64,000 nucleotides of DNA from Chloroflexota bacterium (lineage in GTDB: Bacteria; Chloroflexota; UBA11872; VXOZ01), in contig OZ219802.1 in the NCBI GenBank assembly GCA_964291655.2, forward strand, positions 1,216,001 to 1,280,000, in the 5' to 3' direction. A program made the position numbers and the translations under genes. The first letter of the stretch is position 1, and each line of letters begins with the position of its first letter. Shown piece after piece: positions 39,960 through 50,107 of the stretch. The notes under the pieces were generated by a model. The model saw nothing but the letters and a program-made list of their open reading frames with translations. It searched no databases and was not told where the DNA came from.

Positions 39960-42653
39960 TTAACCCCCAAAAGCAACTGCTATCGTCTCAATCGCATAGC
40001 CGCCCAAAGGCACGGTGACCGTGCTGCCGGAGACCGCGAGCTCCGTCTCAAGGTCTCCCATGAGGTCGGTCACCCACGCCGCTTTCACCGCGCGCGGGAG
40101 CTCCAGCGTTACGGTCGTGTCCTCGCCGTGGGCCTCGAAGAGGCGCAGCATCCAGTTGCCGGCGCGGTCCGGGTGCTCCTGAATGGTGGTGATGACCACG
40201 TTGGGCGCGTCCGTGCGCACGAAGCTCTCGGAGTCGCTGAGGAACGTATTGCCCGCAAACGGCTGCATCGGCGCCGCGGTCGCGAGCTTGGCGGTCTGCA
40301 AGGGGTTCCAGTGCTGCCAGCCGACGCGCTCACCGTTGGCGCTCCGCCAGCTACCGTCGTGCGGCACCAGCGTCGCGTGGTAAGTGTGCACGCCGAGGTT
40401 CGGGTACTCGAAGAACGGCGTCCCACAGGAGTACGCCGTGCGGATGAACATCGGGTAGACGGACGTGCCTTTTATGGTATGCACACAGTTGCTCGTGCCC
40501 AGGGTAACGCCGTAGTCGCTGTTGGAAACATCCAGCCACTTTTGCACCCAGCGTGAGCCGTCGCCCCGATACGTATTTGGCACCTCATCCTTGCCGAATA
40601 CCACGTTGGCATAGGGCACTTCATACGTGACTTCACCACCCGGCACATTGTAGGGCAGCGCCAGCCGCACCTGCGTATTCTTCGAACCGTTCCAGTCGAT
40701 GGTGGTGGTGAGGTCCACGCGCGGTTCGTGGTTGTGCAGGCGGATTTCCTGCACGATCGGCGCTTCCAGCACGTGGCTGCGGCTGCAGACCGTGGTCCAG
40801 ATGGTCCCGCGCTCGACCCACTGCACCTGGGTAGGACCGTCGCTCGCCCGCCATTCGCGGCCGGTGAAATTCGTATCGGCCAGCCAGTCTTCGCCTCTGG
40901 CCTGCACCTCCAGCGCCTCATCGGTCGTTGGCACTTTCATGGCCTGCTCGTCCTGGGAGTCTTCCAGATCGAAGCGCAGGTCTTCCAGCACCACGACCTC
41001 GTTGAAGTAGTGGTCGGCCTCGGCAGCGAGCTCAACACTGCAACCGTCCGCCCGCTTCCACTGCAAGCTCTTGACCATGCCGCCGGTAACGTCCAGCCGG
41101 AAGTGGTCGTTCTCGACCACGTGCTCCATGGTCATGCGGCGCGTACTCTGGTCGCTGGCGCCGACCCGTGGCTCCAAGTAGAAGGCCTTGACGCCCAGTG
41201 ACGGCACGTCCTTGGCCAAGAAAGCAAAGTCCACGCGGGAATAGCCAAAGCCGGCAAAGTCGACCCGGTCGTCGCCGGCGTTTTGCGCCTTGATGACCTG
41301 GCACGGCATTTCGTTGCCCTGCCCGTCGGTGACGCGGATGCCCGTGACGTTATCCCCGCCAAACTCCATGTAGTCCACCACCACTTCCGAGCGGTCCCAG
41401 TTGAGCGGGTTGCTGACCAGGATTGTGCGCGCCTCGTCGCTGGGCGGCGTGTAATTGACGTGGGTGGCAAACTGGTTATTGGCCTCCCGCGCGATCTCCA
41501 TGCCGATCATGCGGGCGTGCACGGCGGTCTTGTAGCGTACGTCGTCGTTGAGCTCGCCATGCCTGCCCCCAACGTTATGGTCGTGGCAGTTGTAGAGGTC
41601 TTCCCAGGCGGGATCAAGTTCGGCGCGCGGGTACGCGCCTAGTCCCAGCAGCCCGCGGATGGCGGAGAGTTTCTCTGCGCTCGCCAGCGCATTCTCCGCG
41701 TGGCGCGCTTCCAGATAGACCCGCGGCGCGAACGCCGGAATTGCGTAGAAGGCGTACGGGAAGTGACCGCCGTAGACGGGCAAGTCTTCCACCTTGCCGG
41801 TGCGCTCGGCGGCTTCAAAGAAGTCCGTAATGGTGGAGAAGGTGAAGTTGAGCTTGCCTTCGTCGGTAAGTTTCTTGGCCGCGGCCACCATGTCCTCCGG
41901 TATCGGCGGCCGTAGGTCGGACTGCCCCATCATGAGCAGCACGGGCAAGGGCCAGAGACGCATGGCCTCCGAAATCGAATACACTTCCGGCTCATCACCC
42001 TCATACTCGGGCAGCCAGCCGAATTCCGGATTGGTAAGCAAAAAAGCCCAACCGTAGTTGTTGAGGTGGTTGGCCGCCAGCACCCGCGAACCGTCCGGCG
42101 CCTCCCACCAGTGGACCGGCGAATACGGGCGGAATCTCGTGTAGGAAAAGTATTTCACGCCGGCTTTGGCAAGCAATTGGGGCATCTGCGGTGTGTGGCC
42201 CGGCAGGTCGGAGTGCTGGGCCGTGGGCAGGTCGCAGTCCAACACATCGCGGGCGAAGCGCTTGGCGTGCACGATCTCCCGCACCATGATCTCGCCGTCG
42301 AGAATATCCTCCATGTAGCCGACCATGGCGGCGGTGGTCTCAAGCTTGCGCTCCTTGACAAGCTGCTTCACCGTGGGCAGATACTCTGGAAAACGCGCCA
42401 GGAAATGGCGCAGGAACGCGGCGTATTCGACGGTGAAGCGGTAATCCGGCACCGGACCGGTGATAGCGTCAATAGAGCCTTTTATCAACTCGTCAGCGTA
42501 GGCGAGACACTCGGAGATGCCCGCGCACCAGCCAAAGTCAAGATGCGCGCCCGGGACAATGAAAATCTCCTCCGGCAACGTGATCTCATCGAAGGGAACT
42601 ACGGTCGCCTTGCGGACGCTGTTGACCTCGGCAGGCCATGTCTTGATTGCCAT
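39960..42653 (-). CDS. Glycoside hydrolase family 38 (alpha-mannosidase-like), paralog 2
   Basis: Same motifs and same length (897 aa) as 36552-39245. Confidence 0.85.
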   Translation of the reverse strand: MAIKTWPAEVNSVRKATVVPFDEITLPEEIFIVPGAHLDFGWCAGISECLAYADELIKGSIDAITGPVPDYRFTVEYAAFLRHFLARFPEYLPTVKQLVKERKLETTAAMVGYMEDILDGEIMVREIVHAKRFARDVLDCDLPTAQHSDLPGHTPQMPQLLAKAGVKYFSYTRFRPYSPVHWWEAPDGSRVLAANHLNNYGWAFLLTNPEFGWLPEYEGDEPEVYSISEAMRLWPLPVLLMMGQSDLRPPIPEDMVAAAKKLTDEGKLNFTFSTITDFFEAAERTGKVEDLPVYGGHFPYAFYAIPAFAPRVYLEARHAENALASAEKLSAIRGLLGLGAYPRAELDPAWEDLYNCHDHNVGGRHGELNDDVRYKTAVHARMIGMEIAREANNQFATHVNYTPPSDEARTILVSNPLNWDRSEVVVDYMEFGGDNVTGIRVTDGQGNEMPCQVIKAQNAGDDRVDFAGFGYSRVDFAFLAKDVPSLGVKAFYLEPRVGASDQSTRRMTMEHVVENDHFRLDVTGGMVKSLQWKRADGCSVELAAEADHYFNEVVVLEDLRFDLEDSQDEQAMKVPTTDEALEVQARGEDWLADTNFTGREWRASDGPTQVQWVERGTIWTTVCSRSHVLEAPIVQEIRLHNHEPRVDLTTTIDWNGSKNTQVRLALPYNVPGGEVTYEVPYANVVFGKDEVPNTYRGDGSRWVQKWLDVSNSDYGVTLGTSNCVHTIKGTSVYPMFIRTAYSCGTPFFEYPNLGVHTYHATLVPHDGSWRSANGERVGWQHWNPLQTAKLATAAPMQPFAGNTFLSDSESFVRTDAPNVVITTIQEHPDRAGNWMLRLFEAHGEDTTVTLELPRAVKAAWVTDLMGDLETELAVSGSTVTVPLGGYAIETIAVAFGG

Positions 42654-43020
42654 GGGATCGTCCTTCTCCTTCTGTTGCTATAGAGCGGAAACGCTACGTG
42701 CTTGTCAATCCGGGACTATCTCCCCAATGCCAGCAGTCTCTCCTTCATCCCAGCACTCCTTCAGTCATACCGTCATTCTCTCCGTCATTCCGGCATTCTC
42801 TCCGTCATTCCGGCGAAAAGCCTGCCCCGTACTCGATACGGGGCCGGAATCCAGTCTTTGCCACGTGCTCCCTAATGGTGGAGCCGTTTAAAACCAACGC
42901 CAGCACCCTGTCTTCCCATCTCTTCGGCGCAAACCCTTCCTTCGTTCCGTCATTCCGGCGAAAGCCGGAATCCAGGGGGGGGGGAGGGAGGACGCCATTG
43001 CCAATGCGACACAAAGTCGC

Positions 43021-43569
43021 TTACAGCCTGCACTCCATCTCACGGGCGTTGTGGGAACTCCCCGGTATCAACCGTGTCATGGTAAAGCCCATCTTCGTGT
43101 AGACATGCTGCGCCCGCAGGTTGTCGCCATCCACAGTGAGTATGATACGCCTTTTGCCCAATTGACGTGCAACATCCTTCAGGTGCTGCATGATTGCTTG
43201 TCCAACCCCCATCTCCTGGTAGGCGTCGGCCACCGCAATGCCGAGAACCGGTCTGGTGGATTGCAGGTTCTCAAAGAATCCATACCCCGCCGGTTCGTCT
43301 TTTCCATCCTTCTTGGCAAGTACCAGGAATCTAATAAAATCCGGGTTTTCAGCCTGTGCCGCCAGGTCTTGCGCTACGGCATACGTCCATGGCGTATGGG
43401 GCCGAAACCAGGCGCGGGTCTGCTTGCCGAGCATCTGGAAAAACGTATAAAGCAAGTCGGCGTCCGTGGCGCGCAGACAATGAAAACGCACGACGCCAAG
43501 AGCGGGAAGGGTGGTGGAGGTTTCGAATGAAGGGTCGATCACAAGGTGACTCCAAGAGCGTCCATCCAC
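43021..43569 (-). CDS. GNAT family N-acetyltransferase
   Basis: GIAVADAYQEMGVG (motif A), LTVDGDNLRAQHVYTKMGF. Confidence 0.88.
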   Translation of the reverse strand: MDGRSWSHLVIDPSFETSTTLPALGVVRFHCLRATDADLLYTFFQMLGKQTRAWFRPHTPWTYAVAQDLAAQAENPDFIRFLVLAKKDGKDEPAGYGFFENLQSTRPVLGIAVADAYQEMGVGQAIMQHLKDVARQLGKRRIILTVDGDNLRAQHVYTKMGFTMTRLIPGSSHNAREMECRL

Positions 43570-43723
43570 GGCGATGCGGAGTGTCTTTGCGCTTCACTTA
43601 GACTTGGCGGCCCGGATATAGAAACTGGCTCGATTAGTTTTCAAGTGCTTTCACACCAAGTCCTCGCTATCGACACCCGCAAATTTGCCATTGGAGGTAC
43701 GAATAGAATGGCATCCCGCAGTC

Positions 43724-43750
43724 CGTCATTCCCGCGAAAGCGGGAATCCA
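43724..43750 (+). repeat. CGTC-tagged REP hairpin, left flank of the GIY-YIG gene
   Basis: CGTCATTCCCGCGAAAGCGGGAATCCA; family also at about 9959/10222, 23242, 24130, 39317, 39409, 42803, 42948, 44171, 48218, 50127, 57829/58095 and 63366. Confidence 0.85.
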
Positions 43751-43752
43751 TC

Positions 43753-44043
43753 TTAATGGATTTCGTCGTACAAGTCCGTCCAATTTGGATTAGTCTTCTC
43801 AATCAACTCAATCTTCCACGCCCGGTTCCACTTCTTGAGCGCCTTTTCTCTGGCGATTGCGCTCTCCATAGTTTCATGTACCTCATACCACACTAATCTA
43901 TGAACTCCGTAATCTTTCGTGAACCCTTCTTCAAAGTCACTCTTATGCTGCCAGACCCGTTGGACAAGATTAAATGTCACGCCAATGTAGAGTGTGCCTT
44001 TGGGGTTGTTCGCGAGTAAGTAGACGGAAGGTGACTTCATCAT
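43753..44043 (-). CDS. Small GIY-YIG nuclease family protein
   Basis: VYLLAN..KGTLYIGVT.NLVQRVWQHK...FTKDYGVHRLVWYE...AIAREKALKKWNRAWKIELIEKTNPNW.DL. Confidence 0.92.
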   Translation of the reverse strand: MMKSPSVYLLANNPKGTLYIGVTFNLVQRVWQHKSDFEEGFTKDYGVHRLVWYEVHETMESAIAREKALKKWNRAWKIELIEKTNPNWTDLYDEIH

Positions 44044-44170
44044 GGAGGACTCTTAAAAAGTGCTTCCGCTAGATTCTACCGCAGACGTGTGAAACTCGGA
44101 TTGCCAATGCCTTGATTAACAGCGAATCGCCCAATCTTGTTCCGGTCTCGCGCCCCACCCAAAGACAAGA

Positions 44171-44215
44171 TGGATTCCGCGCCCCCGCACGGGGGCGAAC
44201 TTTCGCGGGAATGAC
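44171..44215 (-). repeat. Inverted CGTC REP, right flank of the GIY-YIG gene, with a small hairpin inserted
   Basis: TGGATTCCGC[GCCCCCGCACGGGGGCGAA]CTTTCGCGGGAATGACG. Confidence 0.8.
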
Positions 44216-44522
44216 GGACGACGTGCCCCTCGTGTTTCCTACGCACATTCGCTCATTCGTACGCCTCTTTCAACATACAGATGACGGACAAGAGTGGCAC
44301 AAGGCAGAGACGCAGACAGAGCACACCACCACAATGTGTAGCGCGGGGGCTTGTCCCCCGCATCTTCTCCTACCTCGCCACGCAGTGCGCCCTAAAGAAT
44401 CACCATGCCGCTCACCCAGAATCATCTTCAGGGTGAACGGCATAGTATTCAGCTCTGCTCAATGTTGGCAGTAGTCTCGCCTACTTCTCGTGCGCGACTG
44501 CTGCACTGCGTACTCCTGCTGT

Positions 44523-45914
44523 CTAGAGCTGGTCGGCGTGCGCGTTGAGGACCTCTTGCACACGGTCAGCGTGCTCCCTGTTGGCCTCTTCGGGCGTGAT
44601 CTCCTTGGCATAGGCCCTGAACCAGATATCGATGTTGATGCCGATGATCTCATCGTTACCGGGGATAACCGGCACCCACTTCGCGAGCTCCAACTCTGCC
44701 AGGTAGGCCTCAGCCTCAGGCACCTGCTCCAGGTAGCCGCCGAATGAAGCTGACTGCAGCGCAGGGATGTAGTCACCGGCGCCAATTGACCAGCGCAGGT
44801 TCACGTCTTCACCCAGGAAGAACTCGATGAGGGAGAAGCCCCCTTCGGCATTGGCAGCGCCCTGTGGCTGTGCCAGCGCCCAGCCGCCCTGGTAGTTGGT
44901 TGCCACGCCATCCGGCGGCAGCGGCATGGGCGCCGATTTGAAGTTGATCGCCGATTCCCACGCCTTGCGATACGTGGCGGCATACCAGTGGCCGCCGATC
45001 ATCTGCGAGACACCGCCGGTGGTGAAGGCATCATTGCGGTCGGGCCGCTGCTGGCCCAAGAACTCGTCGATCCGCACGTTGCCGCCGCAAAGGTCGACCA
45101 TGTTGATCATGAACTTGAGCGCGGTCACGCCCATATCATTGTCAAAGTTGACCATCTTGTTGTCGGGTGTGAGGTATTCGCCGCCCTGCTGCCAGAAGTG
45201 GATGTACCACTGCAAGCCGACCGGTGGGTTGCCTGGAGGGCCGGTGGAATAGCCAAGTCGCTCGATCACGCCGTCCTGCCCCGCTTTGTGGAGCTTGAGC
45301 GTCGCCGATTCAAGCTCGTCCCAGGTGGTGGGTGGACTTTCCGGATCAAGGCCCACTTCGATAAAGTGGTCGGCGTTGAACATGTACGTGCGAGCATCGG
45401 TGTGCAGGCCTACGCCATAGATGTTGCCCTTCCACGTGCAGTCGTCCCGCAGCTTGGGCCATACGTCGTCCCAGCTAAACGCTGAGGTCGCCTTGATGTG
45501 GTCGTTCAGGTTCAAGAGGAATCCCGGCGCGGAGAGCTGGCCCGCCAAGTAGCGGTCCATGTAGAAGACATCCGGCGGGGCGCCGGCCGCCGCCGCGGTA
45601 ATGAGCTTCTCTTTGCTGCCGCTGCCGATGTGAGTCGGCGTGAGCGCCAGGTCGACGTCGGGATTCGCCTCCTGGAACTCGTTAAGGAGGTCGTTGCCAA
45701 TGTGGCCTTCCAGCAAGAAGTCCTGGTACGTCCAGAACTTCACTTCGGAGGGGCCCATCATCTCTTCGGCTTTGGCCTCGCCCATGTCATCATCGGCCGG
45801 AGCATCAGCCGCCGGGGCCATTGCGCCGCCTGTGGCGCAGGCGGCAAACAGGGCTGCGCCGCTAAACGCGCCCGCCGTGCCAATGAGCATTCTGCGTGTC
45901 AATCGGGTCTTCAT
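44523..45914 (-). CDS. Extracellular solute-binding lipoprotein (sugar ABC type), Tat signal
   Basis: LTRRMLI twin-arginine motif, FAAC lipobox, AAGAPPDV, PPTTWDEL, GGWAL; AGGAGGA RBS. Confidence 0.9.
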   Translation of the reverse strand: MKTRLTRRMLIGTAGAFSGAALFAACATGGAMAPAADAPADDDMGEAKAEEMMGPSEVKFWTYQDFLLEGHIGNDLLNEFQEANPDVDLALTPTHIGSGSKEKLITAAAAGAPPDVFYMDRYLAGQLSAPGFLLNLNDHIKATSAFSWDDVWPKLRDDCTWKGNIYGVGLHTDARTYMFNADHFIEVGLDPESPPTTWDELESATLKLHKAGQDGVIERLGYSTGPPGNPPVGLQWYIHFWQQGGEYLTPDNKMVNFDNDMGVTALKFMINMVDLCGGNVRIDEFLGQQRPDRNDAFTTGGVSQMIGGHWYAATYRKAWESAINFKSAPMPLPPDGVATNYQGGWALAQPQGAANAEGGFSLIEFFLGEDVNLRWSIGAGDYIPALQSASFGGYLEQVPEAEAYLAELELAKWVPVIPGNDEIIGINIDIWFRAYAKEITPEEANREHADRVQEVLNAHADQL

Positions 45915-46356
45915 CGGTCTCCTCCTGTGTATGAAACCGTAGTAGGAATACAATCACTGCACTGCCAATTCAGTGTATCAAACACCCTCACGTGTCATAC
46001 GTGCCTTGGCGCAGGTAGTATAGCACGTGCTAGGCCAATTGCCAAGACGTCATGGTGTACATAAGTCACAAAAATTGAAAGTCGCCAATGTCACCCCGAG
46101 CGCCGATAGGGGTCTAGGGTGCATCCTAGCGAACACTGCCCGTCAGGAATGGAATGACAGACTGCCCTGTTTCGCTTGAAGTGAGGTTCGGCCGTGTGAT
46201 TGCTTAGCGGTGAAACGACGGAGCGGCAAAACCGCTTGTGGTTCGTAGGGGCACGATATATCGTGCCCCTACGAGTTTGCACTTGAGCTTCAGAGTGAGA
46301 GTGCGAATCCACTAGCAAGCGCAGAAAGGGCTACGCGCGCCCTGTAAGCCTGCGCT

Positions 46357-47877
46357 CTACAGCGGATCGGCAAACTCGCGCGTATCCTTGTCTGGGCCGT
46401 CGTAGTCGTCCAGGTAGTTCATCTCGCCGGTGAGCGGCCAATGGTAAGGCTCCGGCGGCCGCACGTGGCGGGTCCAACGCACCATGAGTTCCAGGTCGGC
46501 CGCTTTCTGCTCCAGGCGGCGGGCGATGCGGTCGGGATTCCAGTCCTTGTACACCTCTGAGAGCAGTTGTTCTTGGATGTGACGGTACTGCGGGTCTTCG
46601 GCCAGGTCTGTTGTCTCGAGGGGGTCGTCCTGCAGATTGAAGAGCTGCGTGGGCTCGCCCAGGTAGAAGTTCAGCTTCCAGGGACCCCGCCGCACCATGC
46701 GCTGGAAGCGACCGTGGGGGGCGTATTCCGCCAGGGCAAGATCCTTCCAGTCGGCGCTCTCGCCGCGCAGGACGGGCAGCAGCGAGTCGCCCCGCCCTTG
46801 CGGCAGCGGCGCCGCGCCGAGGGCGTCCAGCATGGTGGCGACCACGTCCACCGTGCTCGTCGCCTGCGCAAAACGCGTGCCCTCAGGCAGCTTGCCGGGC
46901 CAGGAGAATATGGCCGGCACGCGCAGCGACCCCTCATAGAAGGTCTGCTTGAACCAGAGACCGTGCTCGCCTACCTGGTCGCCGTGGTCGGAGGTGTAAA
47001 CGACTAGCGTGTCGTCCGCCAGACCGTTGGCCTCCAGAGCGTCGAGAATCTGTCCGATCATCGCGTCCATGCGGTCCACCAGCGCCCAGTAGGCCGTGCG
47101 GGAGCGCATGATCTCGTCATCGGTAGCTTTGTCCAGCCCGCATTGCTCGCGCCACCAGCCGATGTAAGGATGCGGATCGCTGGGCGGATTGGGATGGGTC
47201 GGCGGCGGCACCTTGCCCCAGTAGCGGTCGTAGTCCTGCTTGCGCGCCACGTAGGGCTGGTGCGGCAGCAGGTAGCCTACGGTTAGGCAGAATGGCTCAT
47301 CGAGCACGCCGGCGCGCCTTTGCCAGCCAAGGCGGTTGAGCACGTCCACCGTCGCAGCGGTGGTATCCTCGTCGATCACCTCGTAGCCGCTCTGGCCGGC
47401 GCCGGAGCGTTCCAGCGCCACGTGGTAGGGGCCGGCGGTGCCGCCACCCAGCATACCCAAGTCAATCCCCGTACCACCAGGATAGTTGGGCGTGGCGTCA
47501 CCGCCGAGCCGTTCGGCAAAACCGTGGTGCTGGTCCGCGCCCACGAAGTGCATGCGCCCGATGAGCGTAGGTCGATACCCCACGGCCCCAAGCGCATGAG
47601 CGAACGTGGGAATGCCGTGATCGAGAATGTGCCGGTTGTCCCAGGTCTCGATGTCGGTGGGGTACTGCCCGGTCATGTACGACATGCGCGCGGGCACGCA
47701 AAGCGGGGCGGTGCAATAGAGACTGTCCAATACCACGCCGCGCTCGGCCAGGCGGTCCAGATGCGGCGTCTGCACCACCGGATCCCCATAGCAGCCCGTC
47801 ACCATGGGATTGTGTTGATCGGAGATGATGAAGAGCAAATTGGGACGTTGGGCGGACGCTTCCGGTGGCATATGCAC
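46357..47877 (-). CDS. Cys-type sulfatase (choline-sulfatase-like)
   Basis: RPNLLFIISDQH, CVPAR formylglycine motif, GRMHF, PH.PY, YTSDHG, WFKQTFYE. Confidence 0.93.
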   Translation of the reverse strand: MHMPPEASAQRPNLLFIISDQHNPMVTGCYGDPVVQTPHLDRLAERGVVLDSLYCTAPLCVPARMSYMTGQYPTDIETWDNRHILDHGIPTFAHALGAVGYRPTLIGRMHFVGADQHHGFAERLGGDATPNYPGGTGIDLGMLGGGTAGPYHVALERSGAGQSGYEVIDEDTTAATVDVLNRLGWQRRAGVLDEPFCLTVGYLLPHQPYVARKQDYDRYWGKVPPPTHPNPPSDPHPYIGWWREQCGLDKATDDEIMRSRTAYWALVDRMDAMIGQILDALEANGLADDTLVVYTSDHGDQVGEHGLWFKQTFYEGSLRVPAIFSWPGKLPEGTRFAQATSTVDVVATMLDALGAAPLPQGRGDSLLPVLRGESADWKDLALAEYAPHGRFQRMVRRGPWKLNFYLGEPTQLFNLQDDPLETTDLAEDPQYRHIQEQLLSEVYKDWNPDRIARRLEQKAADLELMVRWTRHVRPPEPYHWPLTGEMNYLDDYDGPDKDTREFADPL

Positions 47878-48121
47878 TCTCCTTTGAGACTCATTAAATT
47901 GGGCGCTAGGACAGCCAGCGCACGTGCAAGCAAATCACGAGGCGCGCTTAGAGCCGCTAACTTGAGACGATGGTAGCACAGCACGCGCGGCGGGCGGCGA
48001 GGGCTCTGTAACAGGCCCTGCACCCACCCGCCGCGCACTTGCAGCCTTATTCGCGCATGCGAATGATCAGGGTATCGCGCATGCGGTTTTGCGTGGAATA
48101 CTCTGCGCTTACTTCCCCATC

Positions 48122-48264
48122 GGAGACCTTTACGAAACCTCTTTCCACTTGAGGGGGCAGGTTGGAATGAGAGTGACATGAATTGACATTATGCCGTCTT
48201 TAGTTGTAAAAGCGCATCTGGATTCCGGCTTTCGCCGGAATGACGGAGTTATGCAAAGGTCTCC
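48122..48264. mobile_element. MITE family B (~140 bp, GGAGACC...GGTCTCC ends, carries a CGTC REP)
   Basis: Homologous to 50108-50248 (inverted) and 63271-63411. Confidence 0.8.
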
Positions 48265-48303
48265 AGCGGAACCGTTTGGTCCCGGCAAGGTTGTCTTAGG
48301 CCG

Positions 48304-49668
48304 CTAGCCGCCCAGATTGCTCAGGAACGTATCCATGATGGTCTGGAGTTCCACCTCGGTATCCCGCAGGGTTTCCTCGATGGTCTTCTCGCCGCCGAGT
48401 GCCGTGGGCACCACTCGCAGCGTCGCCCCAAGCATTTCCGGCGCGCCGGGTGCGGGGATCACGAACCGCCGGTTTTCCATCATTTCAGCGGTGATCAGCA
48501 GGAAGGGGTCGTTCTGATGAAACTCCTCTTGGCGGGAAACGTCCGGCCGGATGGGGAGCGTGTTGAAGTTGTGCGACCAGCGGATGTTCACGTCACCGCT
48601 GCCGAAATGTTCAAGGAACTTCCAGGCGTTCTCCGGCTGTTCGCTCTGGGTCGTCAGAATCCAGGTATGGCAGCCGCCGTACGTCATGTGGCGGCCGTCA
48701 GGCGGCGTGGGCCAATGGGCAACGTGATACTGCAAATCCGGCACATCCCGCTTCATGATGCTGTGCAGCGTGCTCGGCCAGTAGAGATTGGCGACGTGGC
48801 CGTCGTAGAAGAGGAGATGCGGGCGGCTATCCGCGCGGAAATCTTCCAGCGCCTGCCAGCCGCCCTGCATCTCGTAGATCTTCTTGAGCCAACGCAGGCC
48901 CTCGATGCCCTCCGGTGTATTGATGGTTACCTTGCTTCCGTCATCGCTGAGCGTCTCGCCGCCCAACTGCCACATTGGTACCATCCAGATGCTGTTGATC
49001 TGCCAGAGCGGCGCGAACGCTACCTGTTCGGTGGTATCGCCGCTGATGCGGGTAAGCTTGGGGATGGCTTCCTCCAGCTCTTCCCAACTTGCCGGCGGGT
49101 TTTCCACGTCCAGACCGTTTTCCAGATAGATGGTGTCGTTCATGTAGACCGGGCGGACGTCCGGGCCGAACGGCATGCCCTGGATTTGCCCCTGCCACGT
49201 GAGGTCGCGCTGCAGCGAAGGCCAAATGTCCTCCCGGCGCACGATGCTCGAGGCGGCCATGAAAGGACTGAGCGGTTGCCCGATCTCCAGGGCAGCAAGG
49301 GTCTGGGCCTGCCACGAGCCGGACTGGCCGATGTCCGGGCCGCTGCCGGCAGCCATTGCCGTCTGCAATTGGGTGACGCGATTGCCCTCGGGGATAGTGG
49401 AGTCTACAGTCAGTCCGGGGTTCTGTTCCTCGAACTCCGCCACAACTTCCGCCCCCAAACCCTCGCTGAGCGTCCAGAAGGGTACGGTGAAGATCGTGAT
49501 CGCGTACGGCTCAGGCGCGGGCGCTTCCGTGGGAGCCGGCTCCGCCGCGGGTTTCTCTTCCATGGTCTCCGCCGGCATCACGGCGGTCCCACAGGCTGCG
49601 AGGAGGCTGACCGCCCCGGTGAGCACAGCACTCTTCAGCACTGCTCTTCGACTGGCTTTGCCGTTCAT
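48304..49668 (-). CDS. Extracellular solute-binding lipoprotein (sugar ABC type), Tat signal
   Basis: SRRAVLK, LAAC lipobox, AAGSGPDI, PPASWEEL, AWKFLE; AGGAG RBS. Confidence 0.9.
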   Translation of the reverse strand: MNGKASRRAVLKSAVLTGAVSLLAACGTAVMPAETMEEKPAAEPAPTEAPAPEPYAITIFTVPFWTLSEGLGAEVVAEFEEQNPGLTVDSTIPEGNRVTQLQTAMAAGSGPDIGQSGSWQAQTLAALEIGQPLSPFMAASSIVRREDIWPSLQRDLTWQGQIQGMPFGPDVRPVYMNDTIYLENGLDVENPPASWEELEEAIPKLTRISGDTTEQVAFAPLWQINSIWMVPMWQLGGETLSDDGSKVTINTPEGIEGLRWLKKIYEMQGGWQALEDFRADSRPHLLFYDGHVANLYWPSTLHSIMKRDVPDLQYHVAHWPTPPDGRHMTYGGCHTWILTTQSEQPENAWKFLEHFGSGDVNIRWSHNFNTLPIRPDVSRQEEFHQNDPFLLITAEMMENRRFVIPAPGAPEMLGATLRVVPTALGGEKTIEETLRDTEVELQTIMDTFLSNLGG

Positions 49669-50107
49669 CGTAATCTCCTCTTGTGCTTCTTCGCGGCGAC
49701 ATTCCTGACGCCGGATACTCACGCCGTCTTCCAATATATGAGGAATAGCACTTCCTGCGCGTTGATCCAATAAAATTCGTAAGGCCGATTACCTGTAGAC
49801 TTCCCTCCTCTCTTTGTGAAGCGCTCTTGTCAAGGCTACAACGCCGGAGCGCCGCGCGCAAGACGCTTACCCTTGATCCCAAGCACTTTTCGAATTTGTC
49901 ACTTTGTCGTAAGAGGGACGACGAGGGCCCCCTTTTTTACTTGATGGAGACTTTTCATCATTACCCTCATTTCGTCGAATGCCGGAATCCAAAGAGTGCG
50001 TAGGCAGTATGCAGTTACATCCGCTTCTCACCCCTATCCCGGCTTTCCCCCTTAACGATGCCTTTGCATGGCCCATGCCGCAGCGAGGAGGTCCCCTTTC
50101 CTTTGAC

